DNA from: Abditibacterium sp.
Lineage (GTDB): Bacteria; Armatimonadota; Abditibacteriia; Abditibacteriales; Abditibacteriaceae
DNA: 64,000 nucleotides
Direction: 5' to 3'
NCBI GenBank assembly: GCA_965246885.1
Contig: OZ251992.1
Span: 1,408,001 to 1,472,000 of the forward strand
The first letter of the stretch is position 1; each line of letters begins with the position of its first letter. This document shows, piece by piece, positions 40,078-54,546 of this stretch. The notes under the pieces were generated by a model, which was not told the DNA's origin, ran no database searches, and was given only the letters and a program-made list of their open reading frames with translations. The position numbers and the translations under genes are program-made.

Positions 40078-41199
40078 ATGGATTTTGGGCGGGCGCGGCT
40101 CGATTTCAACGGCACGCGCATTGAGGGCGTGCGTCCGTTCGGAGAGTGCAAACGGGTAGCCGACTTGCGCCCGATGTTGGAAGAAGCGTTGGCGCGGTTT
40201 CCCTTGGGCGGCGCCATAGGCTTTTGGAGCTATGAGGCGGCCCGCGCTTGGGAAGGGCGCGCGTGGGCAACGAACAGGGAGACAGAAGTGCCACCGCTCC
40301 GCCTCGTGTTCTTCGAGCAACTGGTGCGTGCGCCCATTTCCCGACCGACAGCCGAAGCGCCATCTTTAATCCCCGTTCCCGACGACGCGGACGCGCGCGA
40401 CTTTTACCTCGCGGGCGTGGAGCGCATCAAACAGTTCATCGCGGCGGGCGATATTTATCAGGCGAACTTGACGCACCGCTTTGAGGTGCCGACGCCGCAC
40501 CCGCCCGCGCGGGTGTATGAGCGGTTGCGCGCGTTGGGCGAGGCGCCGCGCGGGGCGCTGTTGGAGTGGGATGACTTCGCCCTCGTTTCCAATTCGCCGG
40601 AAACCTTTCTGACGCTACGGGATGGCGTGCTGGAGTCGCGGCCTATCAAGGGCACGGTCGCGCGCGGCGCAACTCCCGCCGAGGATGAGGCGCGTAAGCG
40701 GGAGTTGCGCGCGTCGGCCAAAGACCGCGCGGAGAATGTGATGATTGTTGACCTGTTGCGCAACGATTTGGGGCGGGTGTGCGAGTTCGGCTCCATCCAT
40801 GTGCCGGAGTTGTGCGCGGTGGAGACGTTTCCGACGCTGCATCATCTGGTTTCGACGGTGCGCGGGACTCTCCGCCGCGAGTTGGACGGGCTGGATGCGT
40901 TCGTCCATGCATTTCCGTGCGGCTCGATTACTGGCGCGCCGAAGATGCGGGCGATGCAGATTCTATCGGAGTTGGAAGGCGTGTCGCGCGGCGCTTCGAT
41001 GGGAGCCATTGGCTATTTCGCGTGGCACGGCGGGCGGGTAGACGAGATGGAGTGGAGCGTCGCCATTCGCACCGCGACCATTGCGAATGGCGTCGCGCGC
41101 TTTCATGCGGGCGGGGGGATAGTCGCGGATTCGGTTGCGGAAGCGGAATTGGCCGAGATGCAACTCAAAGCGCGGGCGCTTTATTCGGCTCTGCTTTGA
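40078..41199 (+). CDS. pabB: Aminodeoxychorismate/anthranilate synthase component I family
   Basis: IAAGDIYQANLT, SNSPETFL, SRPIKGT, KDRAENVMIVDLLRNDLGRVC, FPCGSITGAPK.RAM, VAIRT, AGGGIVADS. Confidence 0.85.
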   Translation: MDFGRARLDFNGTRIEGVRPFGECKRVADLRPMLEEALARFPLGGAIGFWSYEAARAWEGRAWATNRETEVPPLRLVFFEQLVRAPISRPTAEAPSLIPVPDDADARDFYLAGVERIKQFIAAGDIYQANLTHRFEVPTPHPPARVYERLRALGEAPRGALLEWDDFALVSNSPETFLTLRDGVLESRPIKGTVARGATPAEDEARKRELRASAKDRAENVMIVDLLRNDLGRVCEFGSIHVPELCAVETFPTLHHLVSTVRGTLRRELDGLDAFVHAFPCGSITGAPKMRAMQILSELEGVSRGASMGAIGYFAWHGGRVDEMEWSVAIRTATIANGVARFHAGGGIVADSVAEAELAEMQLKARALYSALL

Positions 41200-41463
41200 A
41201 AGCGGCCCGGCAATAACCAAGAGTGCGCGCCTTCTTTCATAAACAAAGCGTTCTTGCCCGTTGCGGTGGGCATTGTTAGATTTTTAGGTGTTAATGTTCT
41301 CTCCGCTTGCGTCTTGCCTCTTCCGAAAGCGCTCCGGCGCGGCGCGTCTGGCGTGAAGACGCCGCTTCCGCCACACTTTTACCCGCGACGCACCTTTTTC
41401 CGGCGCCAAACGTCCCGCTTTCGGGCCATTGCCCACTCGTAGCCCGTCCTTTCCGTAATTCCC

Positions 41464-46137
<4,674 letters not shown>

Positions 46138-46142
46138 GTTGG

Positions 46143-46180
46143 AAGCGCCGCGAACACGATGTTCGCGGCGCTTTTGGTTT
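46143..46180 (+). terminator. Rho-independent terminator after gltB
   Basis: AAGCGCCGCGAACA-CGA-TGTTCGCGGCGCTT followed by TTGGTTT. Confidence 0.8.
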
Positions 46181-46207
46181 ACTCGCTGACGGCGCAAATC
46201 CATCTTT

Positions 46208-47026
46208 ATGTTAGCCAGTCAACGCGAAGAAGAACTGCTGATACTGACCAAAACTTACCCTGGCCCCAGCACGAAATATCGGGAGACCGCGTGTGTTGCG
46301 GCTTTGACGCGGGTTGGAGAAATGCGTCGCTTGTTCCCTGTGCCCTTCCGCTTTCTGAGTGGAGAGGCGCGGTTTAAGAAATGGGAGTGGATTCGTGGTA
46401 TCGTCCGTAAAGCCAACAACGACCACCGCCCCGAAAGTTCGCGCCTTGATGTGGACTCGATTCAAAAGCTGAATCAAGAGGTTTCAACTGCTGATGGCTG
46501 GCGCGCACGGCGCGAGTCAATGGCGCCGCATCTAGTGTCTTCGTTCTCGGCGTTGGAAGCGAGGCGCCAAAATTCGGGGGAAACGCTGGGATTCATTCGC
46601 CCAAGCCGGTTGTTAGGTTTGGACATTACACCTGTCAAGAACCCCGACTGGACGGAGAAGGAGCGGCTCAACCTCACACAGCAGGTGCTTTTCGATGATG
46701 AGGAGTCTCGTCGCCGTCCGCCGCTTCGCAAGTTGCCGTTCGACTTCCATTATCGTTACGAGAGCGAAGACGAGCAAGGAACTATGGAACACCGCCACAT
46801 GATCACCGACTGGGAGGCGGGTGCCCTTTATTGGAACTGCGTTCGGAGCGCTGAAGCTGATTGGGAGAAACCTCTTCGAGAGAAGTTGGAGTCAAACTTC
46901 GCCGAAAAGGACTTGTTCCTGTTGATGGGAACGGTTCACCGTTTTCCCGACCAGTGGCTTATCATCGGTTTGATTTATCCGCCTAAAGCAAAGCCAACTG
47001 ACCAGATGGCAATGAGTTTCGATTGA
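46208..47026 (+). CDS. Conserved hypothetical protein (KTYP...ETACVA...RLFPVPFR type), convergent partner of DUF488
   Basis: LILTKTYPGPSTKYRETACVAA, RRLFPVPFR, DHRPES, LGFIRP, LPFDFHYRY, DWEAGALYW, MGTVHRFP..WLIIG..YPP; lower GC than flanks. Confidence 0.75.
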   Translation: MLASQREEELLILTKTYPGPSTKYRETACVAALTRVGEMRRLFPVPFRFLSGEARFKKWEWIRGIVRKANNDHRPESSRLDVDSIQKLNQEVSTADGWRARRESMAPHLVSSFSALEARRQNSGETLGFIRPSRLLGLDITPVKNPDWTEKERLNLTQQVLFDDEESRRRPPLRKLPFDFHYRYESEDEQGTMEHRHMITDWEAGALYWNCVRSAEADWEKPLREKLESNFAEKDLFLLMGTVHRFPDQWLIIGLIYPPKAKPTDQMAMSFD

Positions 47027-47450
47027 GGTGGCGCACCTCGCACACTTCAACCCTTGAGATAGCTTCGGCAATGAACGAGCGGTGGCACAAGTTGAAGTCG
47101 GCCTCGAAGCAGACCAAACAGATGCGCGCCTCTTTGCCCAGTGCCGCGACAGCCTCGACTTCCTCACTCTGCATTTCCAAATGTTCAAGAAAGCAGCCGG
47201 TGTATCGCACCCAATCGCCCGACTCGCGGTATTCGTCACGGATGGGGTTGGGGCATCCCAATTTCTGGACGTGTTGGTATCCGATGTTCCGCCCTTGACA
47301 CGCAAGGGTCAGCGCCACTTTGGAGAAACCACTTTTGCGGCTCAACGGCTTTTCGCGCACATCCACTAAAACCTCGATTTCGTGTTCGACCAAAATCTCT
47401 AAAAATCGTTCCAAGGCCAATCCTTCGTAGCCCAGCGTGAAAATTTCCAT
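46983..47450 (-). CDS. DUF488 family protein
   Basis: IFTLGYEG, LVDVRE.PLSRKSGFSK, Y.H...LG.P, CLVCFEAD...CHRS.IA; ATG 47450. Confidence 0.9.
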   Translation of the reverse strand: MEIFTLGYEGLALERFLEILVEHEIEVLVDVREKPLSRKSGFSKVALTLACQGRNIGYQHVQKLGCPNPIRDEYRESGDWVRYTGCFLEHLEMQSEEVEAVAALGKEARICLVCFEADFNLCHRSFIAEAISRVEVCEVRHLNRNSLPSGQLALL

Positions 47451-47534
47451 CTGATTAGAGTAAAGCAAGCGGCCCCGACGAAACGACCCGCTCCTCGTGC
47501 GACATGCAGAATCGCCCACGCACACTAACACCCC

Positions 47535-48413
47535 ATGCAGCTATCTCTTTCGATTCAAAGTGACGGGGTGCGGGCGCTTTTAAGCCCCGATGCCTCGCAA
47601 AACGGCACGCTCGCGCGCAAGGCGTGGGTGCCGGGGAGTTCGGCGGGTCGGCAGTGGCTGGACGCGATAGAACTTTCGGGGCAATTATGCGCGCGCTCGG
47701 CGATAGAAACGGCGGCTTTGGAGCGGGCGGTCGTGGCGTTTGCCAGCCCGGTGTCGGCGGAGGGGGTGGTGCTGGAGGACTCGCGGTTTCGGGCGTGGCG
47801 GGGGTTCGATTTGACGCGCGGGGTGCGCGAACATTTGGGGGTGGCGAACGTGGCGGCGCTGTCGGTCGTCGAAGCGCGGGCGCGCTTCGAGGTGCGCTTT
47901 GGGGCGTTGCAAGGGTTGCAGTCGTGGCTCCATGTGGACATCGGCGAGCGGATCGAGTCGTGGGCGCGCTTGGGCGGCGTGGACGTGCCGGGAACGCATG
48001 TGGGCGCGCTGATTATCGAGCGCGACGGGGCGCTGGACGAGTGGGGCAGGCGGGGCAGTTTGAACGCTTACTGCTCGGATGAATCGCTGCGCGCGCGGGC
48101 GCAATCGAGCGGTTTGGGGAGCGAATCGCCCGCGCGCTTGTTCGAGTTGGCCTCTTCCAACTTCGCCGCGCAGTCGTTGTGCGACGATTTCTGCGCGCGC
48201 TTGGCGCAGGGCCTTTCAAACTGCGTCGCAGTTTACGGCAGTCTGCCGGTGTGCATCGGCGGCGATTTGGTGCGCGCGGCGTGGCCGCTCGTGTGGCCGC
48301 GCTTGGAGCCAGCGTGCCGCGCGAGTTGGCCGCCGCGCGCAGCGTTTTCGATTCTTCCGGCGACGGGGGACGCCGACAGCGCCTTGTGGGGCGCACTTTC
48401 CAACGCGCAGTGA
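47535..48413 (+). CDS. Divergent ROK family protein
   Basis: PV...GVV, W.G.DL...V...LG, EA.A..E.RFGA.QG, H.G...I...G..D..GRRGSLNAYCS, IGG, GD.DSALWGA resemble a degenerate ROK; lies upstream of pgi. Confidence 0.6.
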   Translation: MQLSLSIQSDGVRALLSPDASQNGTLARKAWVPGSSAGRQWLDAIELSGQLCARSAIETAALERAVVAFASPVSAEGVVLEDSRFRAWRGFDLTRGVREHLGVANVAALSVVEARARFEVRFGALQGLQSWLHVDIGERIESWARLGGVDVPGTHVGALIIERDGALDEWGRRGSLNAYCSDESLRARAQSSGLGSESPARLFELASSNFAAQSLCDDFCARLAQGLSNCVAVYGSLPVCIGGDLVRAAWPLVWPRLEPACRASWPPRAAFSILPATGDADSALWGALSNAQ

Positions 48414-48500
48414 GGCGGCGAAAACCGGGGTATTTCCGCATGCCACATTCCCCGCCCCGCACCCGACGGCGGCCCCCAAACCGCACACTGGCACCCCCTG

Positions 48501-50072
48501 ATGCACACTCCACTTTCCTTGTGGGAGCGTTTTAAAGCGACTTCCTTTTTCGATGCCGAGACCCGCTTCTCGTTGGATATTTCGCGCGTCGAGTTTCCCG
48601 ACGGCTTTTTCGCCGATTTCGAGCCGAAGTTGCAAGCGGCCTACGCGCTTATGGACGGGTTGGAGCGCGGCGACATCGCTAACCCCGACGAAAACCGCCG
48701 CGTCGGGCACTATTGGCTCCGCGACTCCGCGCTTGCGCCCGATGGGTTGGGCGCCCAAATCGAAAAGGTGCTGACCGACATCGAAACCTTCGCCGCCTCC
48801 GTTCATAAGGGCGACACAATGGCCCAAGACGGCGGCAAATTCCGACACCTCCTGCTGATTGGCATTGGTGGTAGCGCCTTGGGGCCGCAGTTCGTGACCG
48901 GCGCGCTGGGCCAACCGGGGCGCGACGCGATGGGCGTGTCGTTTTTCGACAACACCGACCCCGACGGCATTGAGCGCACCCTCGCCCGCATCGGCGATGG
49001 GCTGAAAGAAACCCTCGTCGTGGTGATTTCCAAGTCGGGTGGCACCAAAGAAACGCGCAACGGCATGCTCGAAGCGCAGGCCGCCTTCCACGAAATGGGC
49101 CTTGACTTCGGGCGCCACGCCGTCGCCGTGACTGAACCGGGCAGCCAACTGGACAGGGTCGCGGACGCCGAAAGGTGGCTCGCGCGCTTTCCGATGTTCG
49201 ACTGGATCGGCGGGCGCACGTCCGAACTTTCGGCGGTTGGTCTGCTTCCTGCGGCCTTACAGGGCTTCGATATTCGCGGCCTCTTAGCGGGCGCCAAGGC
49301 GATGGACGCTCTCACGCGGCGCCACGAAACGCACCTCAACCCCGCCGCACTGATGGCGGCGGTGTGGTTCTTTGAGACCGGCGGCAAGGGCGAGAAAGAT
49401 ATGGTCGTCCTGCCGTACAAAGACCGCTTGGAACTTTTCTCCCGGTATTTGCAACAACTGGTGATGGAATCCCTCGGCAAAGCGAAGAACCTCAAGGGAG
49501 AAGTCGTCCATCAAGGCATTGCCGTGTATGGCAACAAAGGTTCCACCGACCAACACGCCTATGTCCAACAGTTGCGCGATGGCGTCAACAACTTCTTCGC
49601 CGTGTTCATCGAAGTTCTCAAAGAGCGCGACGGCGCTTCCTTAGAAGTGGAGCCGGGCATCACTGCGGGGGACTATTTGTCAGGATTTCTTTATGGCACG
49701 CGCCGCGCGCTCTATGAAGGCGAGCGCGGTTCCATTACCGTTGCCATCGAACGCGTCGAGCCGCAAACAGTGGGAATGTTGATCGCCCTTTTCGAGCGCG
49801 CGGTTGGCTTGTATGGTTTCCTTGTGAACATCAACGCTTATCACCAACCGGGCGTTGAAGCAGGCAAGAAGGCCGCGCAAAGTATCATCGAAATGCAAAC
49901 GCGGTTGTTGCAAGTGTTGGACGACACTACCGGCACTGCCGAGCAGTTCGCCGTCGCCATTGGCGCAAGCGAAAAGGCCGAGGACTGCTTCCACATCCTG
50001 CGCCATCTCGCCGCCAATGGCCGCGCCCAGATGGACGGCTTCGGGCCGGACGCGAGTTTCGCCAAGGCGTGA
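48501..50072 (+). CDS. pgi: Glucose-6-phosphate isomerase
   Basis: [81 protein letters not shown]. Confidence 0.97.
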   Translation: MHTPLSLWERFKATSFFDAETRFSLDISRVEFPDGFFADFEPKLQAAYALMDGLERGDIANPDENRRVGHYWLRDSALAPDGLGAQIEKVLTDIETFAASVHKGDTMAQDGGKFRHLLLIGIGGSALGPQFVTGALGQPGRDAMGVSFFDNTDPDGIERTLARIGDGLKETLVVVISKSGGTKETRNGMLEAQAAFHEMGLDFGRHAVAVTEPGSQLDRVADAERWLARFPMFDWIGGRTSELSAVGLLPAALQGFDIRGLLAGAKAMDALTRRHETHLNPAALMAAVWFFETGGKGEKDMVVLPYKDRLELFSRYLQQLVMESLGKAKNLKGEVVHQGIAVYGNKGSTDQHAYVQQLRDGVNNFFAVFIEVLKERDGASLEVEPGITAGDYLSGFLYGTRRALYEGERGSITVAIERVEPQTVGMLIALFERAVGLYGFLVNINAYHQPGVEAGKKAAQSIIEMQTRLLQVLDDTTGTAEQFAVAIGASEKAEDCFHILRHLAANGRAQMDGFGPDASFAKA

Positions 50073-50314
50073 AAGAACGCGCTAAACCCACCATTGAACT
50101 GCGCGCGCGAGCCGTTGGCCCGCAGGATTCTTTCATCGGCGCAGCTACGGGAATTACTGACAGACACGCGCGGACGGTCGGCGCGCATGCCGGAGCCACC
50201 CGCGTGCATGCGGCGACCGTCGGCAGACGTGCGGGAAGCGCCCGCGCGCGTCTGTGATTCTTCCACCGGCCCCGGCGCTTCCCCGAAAAGCTCGAATCGC
50301 TCAAACTGGCGCTC

Positions 50315-51517
50315 ATGCTTTACCCGCTTCGCTTCAAGCCATTCCTCAAGTTCTACCCTTACGGCGGCCACCGCTTCGCCGAGGTGCTGGAAATAGACGT
50401 TCCCCGCGACCGCCCCATCGCCGAAACGTGGGAGGTCGCCGATCACGGGCCGGAGCAATCCGTTGTCATCAACGGCTCCCTCGCCGGGCGCACGCTACGC
50501 GAACTGATGACGCAGTTCGGAAGCGAACTGGTCGGCGGCGAAGTCTGGGCGCGTTATGGTGACTACTTTCCCCTGTTGGTCAAGTTCCTCGACTGCGACA
50601 AGCGCTTGCCCGCGCACATGCACCCCGACGACGACACGGCGCGCGCGCTTGGTTTGGGCGATACGGGCAAATCGGAAGCGTGGTACATCGTGCGCGCCGA
50701 TGCGAGCGCCACAGCTTATGTCGGTGCCCTGCCGGGGCTGGGCGCCGAAGAGTTTACTCAAGCCATCCACGCGGGCAACCCCTACGACGGCGTGATGAAG
50801 CACGTCCCGACGCGCACCGGTGATACCTATTTCGTGCCGCCCGGTCGCTTGCACGGACTCGACGCCGGGAATCTGGCCTTTGAAATTCAGCAGAACTCTG
50901 ACGCCGGGTTTGGCTGGGAGTGGGCCGGATTCGTCGAAGCGGGCGTCGTTTCAGCCGAAGACGCCGCGCGCCATAAGCCCTTGGCCGTTGCGCACGCCTT
51001 GTATGAAGACGGCCTGCAAGAGCAAACGCGCGAAGTCGTCCTACAAGAAGACGACGACGAGCGCGCCTTTTGTTGCGCGTGCAAGTACTTCGTTTTGGAG
51101 CGCCTCAAGATACGCGGCAACACCGACTTCCACGACCCGCAAGCGCGCTTCAACACTTTCACGGTCATCTCAGGCGCCGCGAACTTTTCGGGTGGCGGCG
51201 AAGTCGCTTTCGCTAAGCGCGGCGAATCGCTGCTTATCCCTGCCGGAGTCGCCGTCAAAATCGAGCCGAACGCCCTCGCGGGCGCCGGAGAAGTCGAAAT
51301 ACTGCGCTGCTACGTCCCCGACTTGCAGCGCGACGTGGTGGACTTTCTGCGCGCAAGCGGCGTAAGTGACACCGACATCGCGTGGCTTGGCTCGTATGGT
51401 TCGGGCAACGACCTGTTGGGCTTATTGGGCCTGCCGCAAGCCCTATTCGATGTCACCACAAGCGAGCGCCACCAAGCGGCGTTGGAACACCGCGACTCGC
51501 GCGACGAGACTTCCTGA
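50315..51517 (+). CDS. Type I mannose-6-phosphate isomerase-like cupin protein
   Basis: PIAETWE, FPLLVKFLD, HMHPDD, GKSEAWY, GD..FVPPG.LH, FEIQQNSD, CKYFVLE; extra C-terminal extension. Confidence 0.8.
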   Translation: MLYPLRFKPFLKFYPYGGHRFAEVLEIDVPRDRPIAETWEVADHGPEQSVVINGSLAGRTLRELMTQFGSELVGGEVWARYGDYFPLLVKFLDCDKRLPAHMHPDDDTARALGLGDTGKSEAWYIVRADASATAYVGALPGLGAEEFTQAIHAGNPYDGVMKHVPTRTGDTYFVPPGRLHGLDAGNLAFEIQQNSDAGFGWEWAGFVEAGVVSAEDAARHKPLAVAHALYEDGLQEQTREVVLQEDDDERAFCCACKYFVLERLKIRGNTDFHDPQARFNTFTVISGAANFSGGGEVAFAKRGESLLIPAGVAVKIEPNALAGAGEVEILRCYVPDLQRDVVDFLRASGVSDTDIAWLGSYGSGNDLLGLLGLPQALFDVTTSERHQAALEHRDSRDETS

Positions 51518-51538
51518 GCGCGCGCTGTGGCCAAAGTT

Positions 51539-51611
51539 TGCGGGTGGAGGGACTCGAACCCCCAGAAACCAGTTCCTAAGACTGGCGCGTCTGCCATTTC
51601 GCCACACCCGC
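51539..51611 (-). tRNA. tRNA-Leu, anticodon TAG, with an unusually short (5-nt) variable loop; CCA not encoded
   Basis: GCGGGTG TG GCGAAATGGCAGACGC G CCAGT CTTAGGA ACTGG TTTCT GGGGG TTCGAGT CCCTC CACCCGC A: 7-bp acceptor stem, Leu-type D-arm, 5-bp anticodon stem, TTCGA loop, A73. Confidence 0.93.
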
Positions 51612-51725
51612 GCTTCTCTTTGCGCCGCGCGGATTCTAATAGAGAAAACGCGGAGCGGAAGTGGCAAGAAGTATAGACTGACCCATAGCAGTCGCAAGGC
51701 GGCAAGCGCATGAGCGACACCCATC

Positions 51726-52820
51726 ATGGCCGAAGTCTCCGAATTCTCTTTAGCGCAACGTCCGGCGCCGCGCGTGTTGGTGTTGGAACTCGAAGCCGCC
51801 CATAAAAACGGCGGCCCGCGTGGGCGCGCCCCCGAAAGCGCCCTGCGCCGCATCGGGAACGTCGCCTCGCAGTCGGGGCACCGCGTCGTCTTTGCGGGTG
51901 AGCCGAGACTCATTGACGGCCTCGCGCCCGAAGTGGTCTTGCTCGATGCGACGGCGCCCGGAGCGGCGCTGTCGCTCGACTTAGTGCGCGCCGACGACGC
52001 CACCCGAAGCTCGTCGGTTGTCGCCGTGCATCAGCGCAAAACGCGCGAAGAAGCGTTGCAGGCTTTGCGCTTGCAAAGCTCCGACGAGTTTTTGGCGGAG
52101 GATGCTCCGCGCTTTGAGTGCTCCGCTCGCATCGAAGCGGGGGCCGCGATGTGCCGCGCGCGCGCCGAAATACAAGACTTGCGCGAGACCATCCACCGTC
52201 AAACCCGCGTGGACGACCTGACGGGCGTGATGAGCCGCCGCTTTTTCTTCCAGCAAGCGCAGCGCGAGTGCTCCCGCTCGCGGCGCTACGGCCACCCCCT
52301 GTCGTGTCTGATGCTCGAAGTCAATCACTTCAAGTTGATCTGCTCGAATCTGGGCGACATGACGGGCGAGCAGATATTGCGCTCGACGGCCAACATCATC
52401 GGGCAATGGACGCGCGACTCCGACTGGGTAGCGCGCTTTGCCGACGCCAAGTTCGCCGTCTTGTTGCCGGAAACCGACCTCGAAGGCGCAACAGGCGCGC
52501 GCGAAAAGCTGCAACGGGCGCTGGGCGCGCATGATTGGACGCGCGGTGAAGCCACTTTGCCTATCTCCTTTTCGGTTGGCGAAGCGCAGTTCCACCCCGG
52601 CTCGGCGTTTCGCTCGCAGTCGAGCGAGTTCATCTCGGAGTCGGACGAATCCGGCGACGCGGCGCTGTCGACGCGCGAAGCCCTCGCGGGCTTACTCGAA
52701 GATGCCGACGCCGCGCTGTATATTGCCCGCAAATCGGCGCGCGTGCCGGAAATGTTCGTGGCTTATACGCCCGCCGGGAACCCCGATGCCGATGGCTTTG
52801 CGCCGCGTTATGTGGAATGA
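51726..52820 (+). CDS. Degenerate receiver domain + degenerate GGDEF domain (PleD-like)
   Basis: PEVVLLD receiver remnant; DDLTGVMSRR.F, RSRRYGHPLSCLMLEVNHFK, RDSD..ARFADAKFAVLLPET, SFSVG, ADAALY.A. The GG(D/E)EF motif is replaced by ADAKF. Confidence 0.85.
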   Translation: MAEVSEFSLAQRPAPRVLVLELEAAHKNGGPRGRAPESALRRIGNVASQSGHRVVFAGEPRLIDGLAPEVVLLDATAPGAALSLDLVRADDATRSSSVVAVHQRKTREEALQALRLQSSDEFLAEDAPRFECSARIEAGAAMCRARAEIQDLRETIHRQTRVDDLTGVMSRRFFFQQAQRECSRSRRYGHPLSCLMLEVNHFKLICSNLGDMTGEQILRSTANIIGQWTRDSDWVARFADAKFAVLLPETDLEGATGAREKLQRALGAHDWTRGEATLPISFSVGEAQFHPGSAFRSQSSEFISESDESGDAALSTREALAGLLEDADAALYIARKSARVPEMFVAYTPAGNPDADGFAPRYVE

Positions 52821-52858
52821 GCGCCCCCGGTTCCCCCTAAGGCGCTATATTGGAAGAG

Positions 52859-53065
52859 ATGAAAACCGAACTGCAAATTGAAGGCATGACCTGCGAGGCG
52901 TGCGTGGGCATCGTCGCGGGTGCCCTGCGCAACGTCGAAGGCGTGACGCGCGCCTTCGTTGACCTCGACACCAAGCGCGCTGAAGTCGAAGGCGAAGACT
53001 ATGACAGCGCCGACCTGCTTGAAGCCGTCGAGGAAGAAGGCTACGAAGCGCGGATTATCAAATAA
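52859..53065 (+). CDS. Heavy-metal-associated (CopZ-like) chaperone
   Basis: IEGMTCEAC metal-binding motif; AVEEEGY. Confidence 0.92.
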   Translation: MKTELQIEGMTCEACVGIVAGALRNVEGVTRAFVDLDTKRAEVEGEDYDSADLLEAVEEEGYEARIIK

Positions 53066-53087
53066 CTGCTTCCTTTATTTTCCGCCA

Positions 53088-53633
53088 ATGACCCGCGCCC
53101 AAGCCCTCGCCGCTTCGCCCGCGCCGCCCGCTGTTTTGGAGGAGCAGACGCTACTCAGCATCCCCTTCTGCGACTTCGCGGGCCAAACGCGCGTCGGGCA
53201 ACTGGTGCTGCACCGCGAGTTGGCGGGGGAAGTCGCCGAACTGTTCCGCTTGCTACTCGTCGCGCGCTTTCCCATCGGCCAGATGACGCCGGTTGTGGCC
53301 TTCGGGTGGAGCGACGACGCTTCGATGGCGGCCAACAACTGCTCCAGCTTTAATTACCGCGTCAAAGTCGGCAAGACGGAACTGTCCGCGCACGCGACGG
53401 GCCGCGCCCTCGACATCAACCCGCTCCAGAACCCCTACATCTCCGGCGCCCTCTCCCTGCCGCCGGATGCTCGCTACGACCCGAACGCGCCCGGAACCCT
53501 GCTGCCCGACGGCATAGCGGTGGGGTTCTTGGAAAGTCGCGGCTGGACGTGGGGCGGGCGCTGGACGACACTTCAAGACTTCCATCATTTCGAGAAACCC
53601 GCGCCCCGTCACCATGAAATCGGCCAGCAATAA
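53088..53633 (+). CDS. M15 family metallopeptidase
   Basis: SMAANNCSSFNYR, LSAHATGRALDINPLQNPY, GWTWGGRW...DFHHFE. Confidence 0.9.
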   Translation: MTRAQALAASPAPPAVLEEQTLLSIPFCDFAGQTRVGQLVLHRELAGEVAELFRLLLVARFPIGQMTPVVAFGWSDDASMAANNCSSFNYRVKVGKTELSAHATGRALDINPLQNPYISGALSLPPDARYDPNAPGTLLPDGIAVGFLESRGWTWGGRWTTLQDFHHFEKPAPRHHEIGQQ

Positions 53634-54054
53634 GCCCCCCGCCAAACCTCGCAAACCGGCCAACCCCGAAGCGCCGACCCAGTGGCACCGCCGTTTGGCG
53701 CGCCTCGTCGGGCGCAAGTGGGGCGTGCAGATGGATCCGCGCGGTAATGTGAGCGAAGGGGTGCTTGATGGCCGCGTCATCGCCATTCGCTGCGCCAAGT
53801 CGAAAACCCCGCCCATCACCGTGACCGCCGCTACGCTCGAACGGGTGCACGAAGTCTGGGGCGTCTTTCTGACGCAAACCGACGCCGCCCAAATCTACGC
53901 CCTGAGCGCCGCGCAGTTCAAACGCACCGCCAGCTTCTACTCCCCCCGCAACGGCCAGCCCCACTACACCGCCCGCCTCAGCCGCTTCGCCCGCCACGCC
54001 CGCCTCATCGGAACAGTGCCGGAAGAGGAAGTGGGGGAAATTGGCATCCCGTGA
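53614..54054 (+). CDS. Hypothetical basic protein
   Basis: 146-aa ORF overlapping its neighbours in an operon-like arrangement; no recognised family. Confidence 0.55.
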   Translation: MKSASNKPPAKPRKPANPEAPTQWHRRLARLVGRKWGVQMDPRGNVSEGVLDGRVIAIRCAKSKTPPITVTAATLERVHEVWGVFLTQTDAAQIYALSAAQFKRTASFYSPRNGQPHYTARLSRFARHARLIGTVPEEEVGEIGIP

Positions 54055-54539
54055 AGCCGAGAGAAGGCACAAATGCAATGGAACTCGAAGCCTCAACCGA
54101 TGAATGGCCTGCTGACCAGTGGCCGCGCTTTGTCGAACTGTTGCGCGCGTTTTGCCTGAGCGATGCCGAACAGGATGCCCTGTTTCCCGACTTGCAAGAG
54201 CCGCGCTATCATGCGTCCAACGAGGGCGACGGCTATACGCTCTGCTCTTATTCCCCGGTGTTCTCCGACGTCTATGACTTGTGCGCCGCTTACTTCTTTC
54301 GATGCGAAGAGGACGACCGCCAGATGTTTCTCCGCATTTCTGCGCTCTTCCGGCGCGCAGATGAGCAGGTTCTAGAGCCAGTGAAAGGGCGCGAGTTCCC
54401 CCACGCGCCGCGCACCAACCATACCGCACTCCGAAAAATACGGCCCGAACTGCGCGCGTTATGCTTGGAGGCGCTCACGTTTTGGGACGAGGAAATTAGG
54501 GCGCCGACGATGAGTTGGGAAGAAATGGTGCCGCAGTGA
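54051..54539 (+). CDS. Hypothetical acidic protein
   Basis: GTGA overlap with the upstream ORF; alternative ATG at 54078; no recognised family. Confidence 0.55.
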   Translation: MKPREGTNAMELEASTDEWPADQWPRFVELLRAFCLSDAEQDALFPDLQEPRYHASNEGDGYTLCSYSPVFSDVYDLCAAYFFRCEEDDRQMFLRISALFRRADEQVLEPVKGREFPHAPRTNHTALRKIRPELRALCLEALTFWDEEIRAPTMSWEEMVPQ

Positions 54540-54546
54540 CGGCGCT

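Noticed and set aside
41270..41300. Possible GlnR/TnrA box upstream of gltB (TGTTAGATTTTTAGGTG)
   Set aside because: Only the left half-site matches TGTNA-N7-TNACA.
51480..51720. tRNA as the attachment site of an integrated element
   Set aside because: No integrase and no duplicated tRNA 3' end were seen; the flanks are ordinary chromosomal genes.
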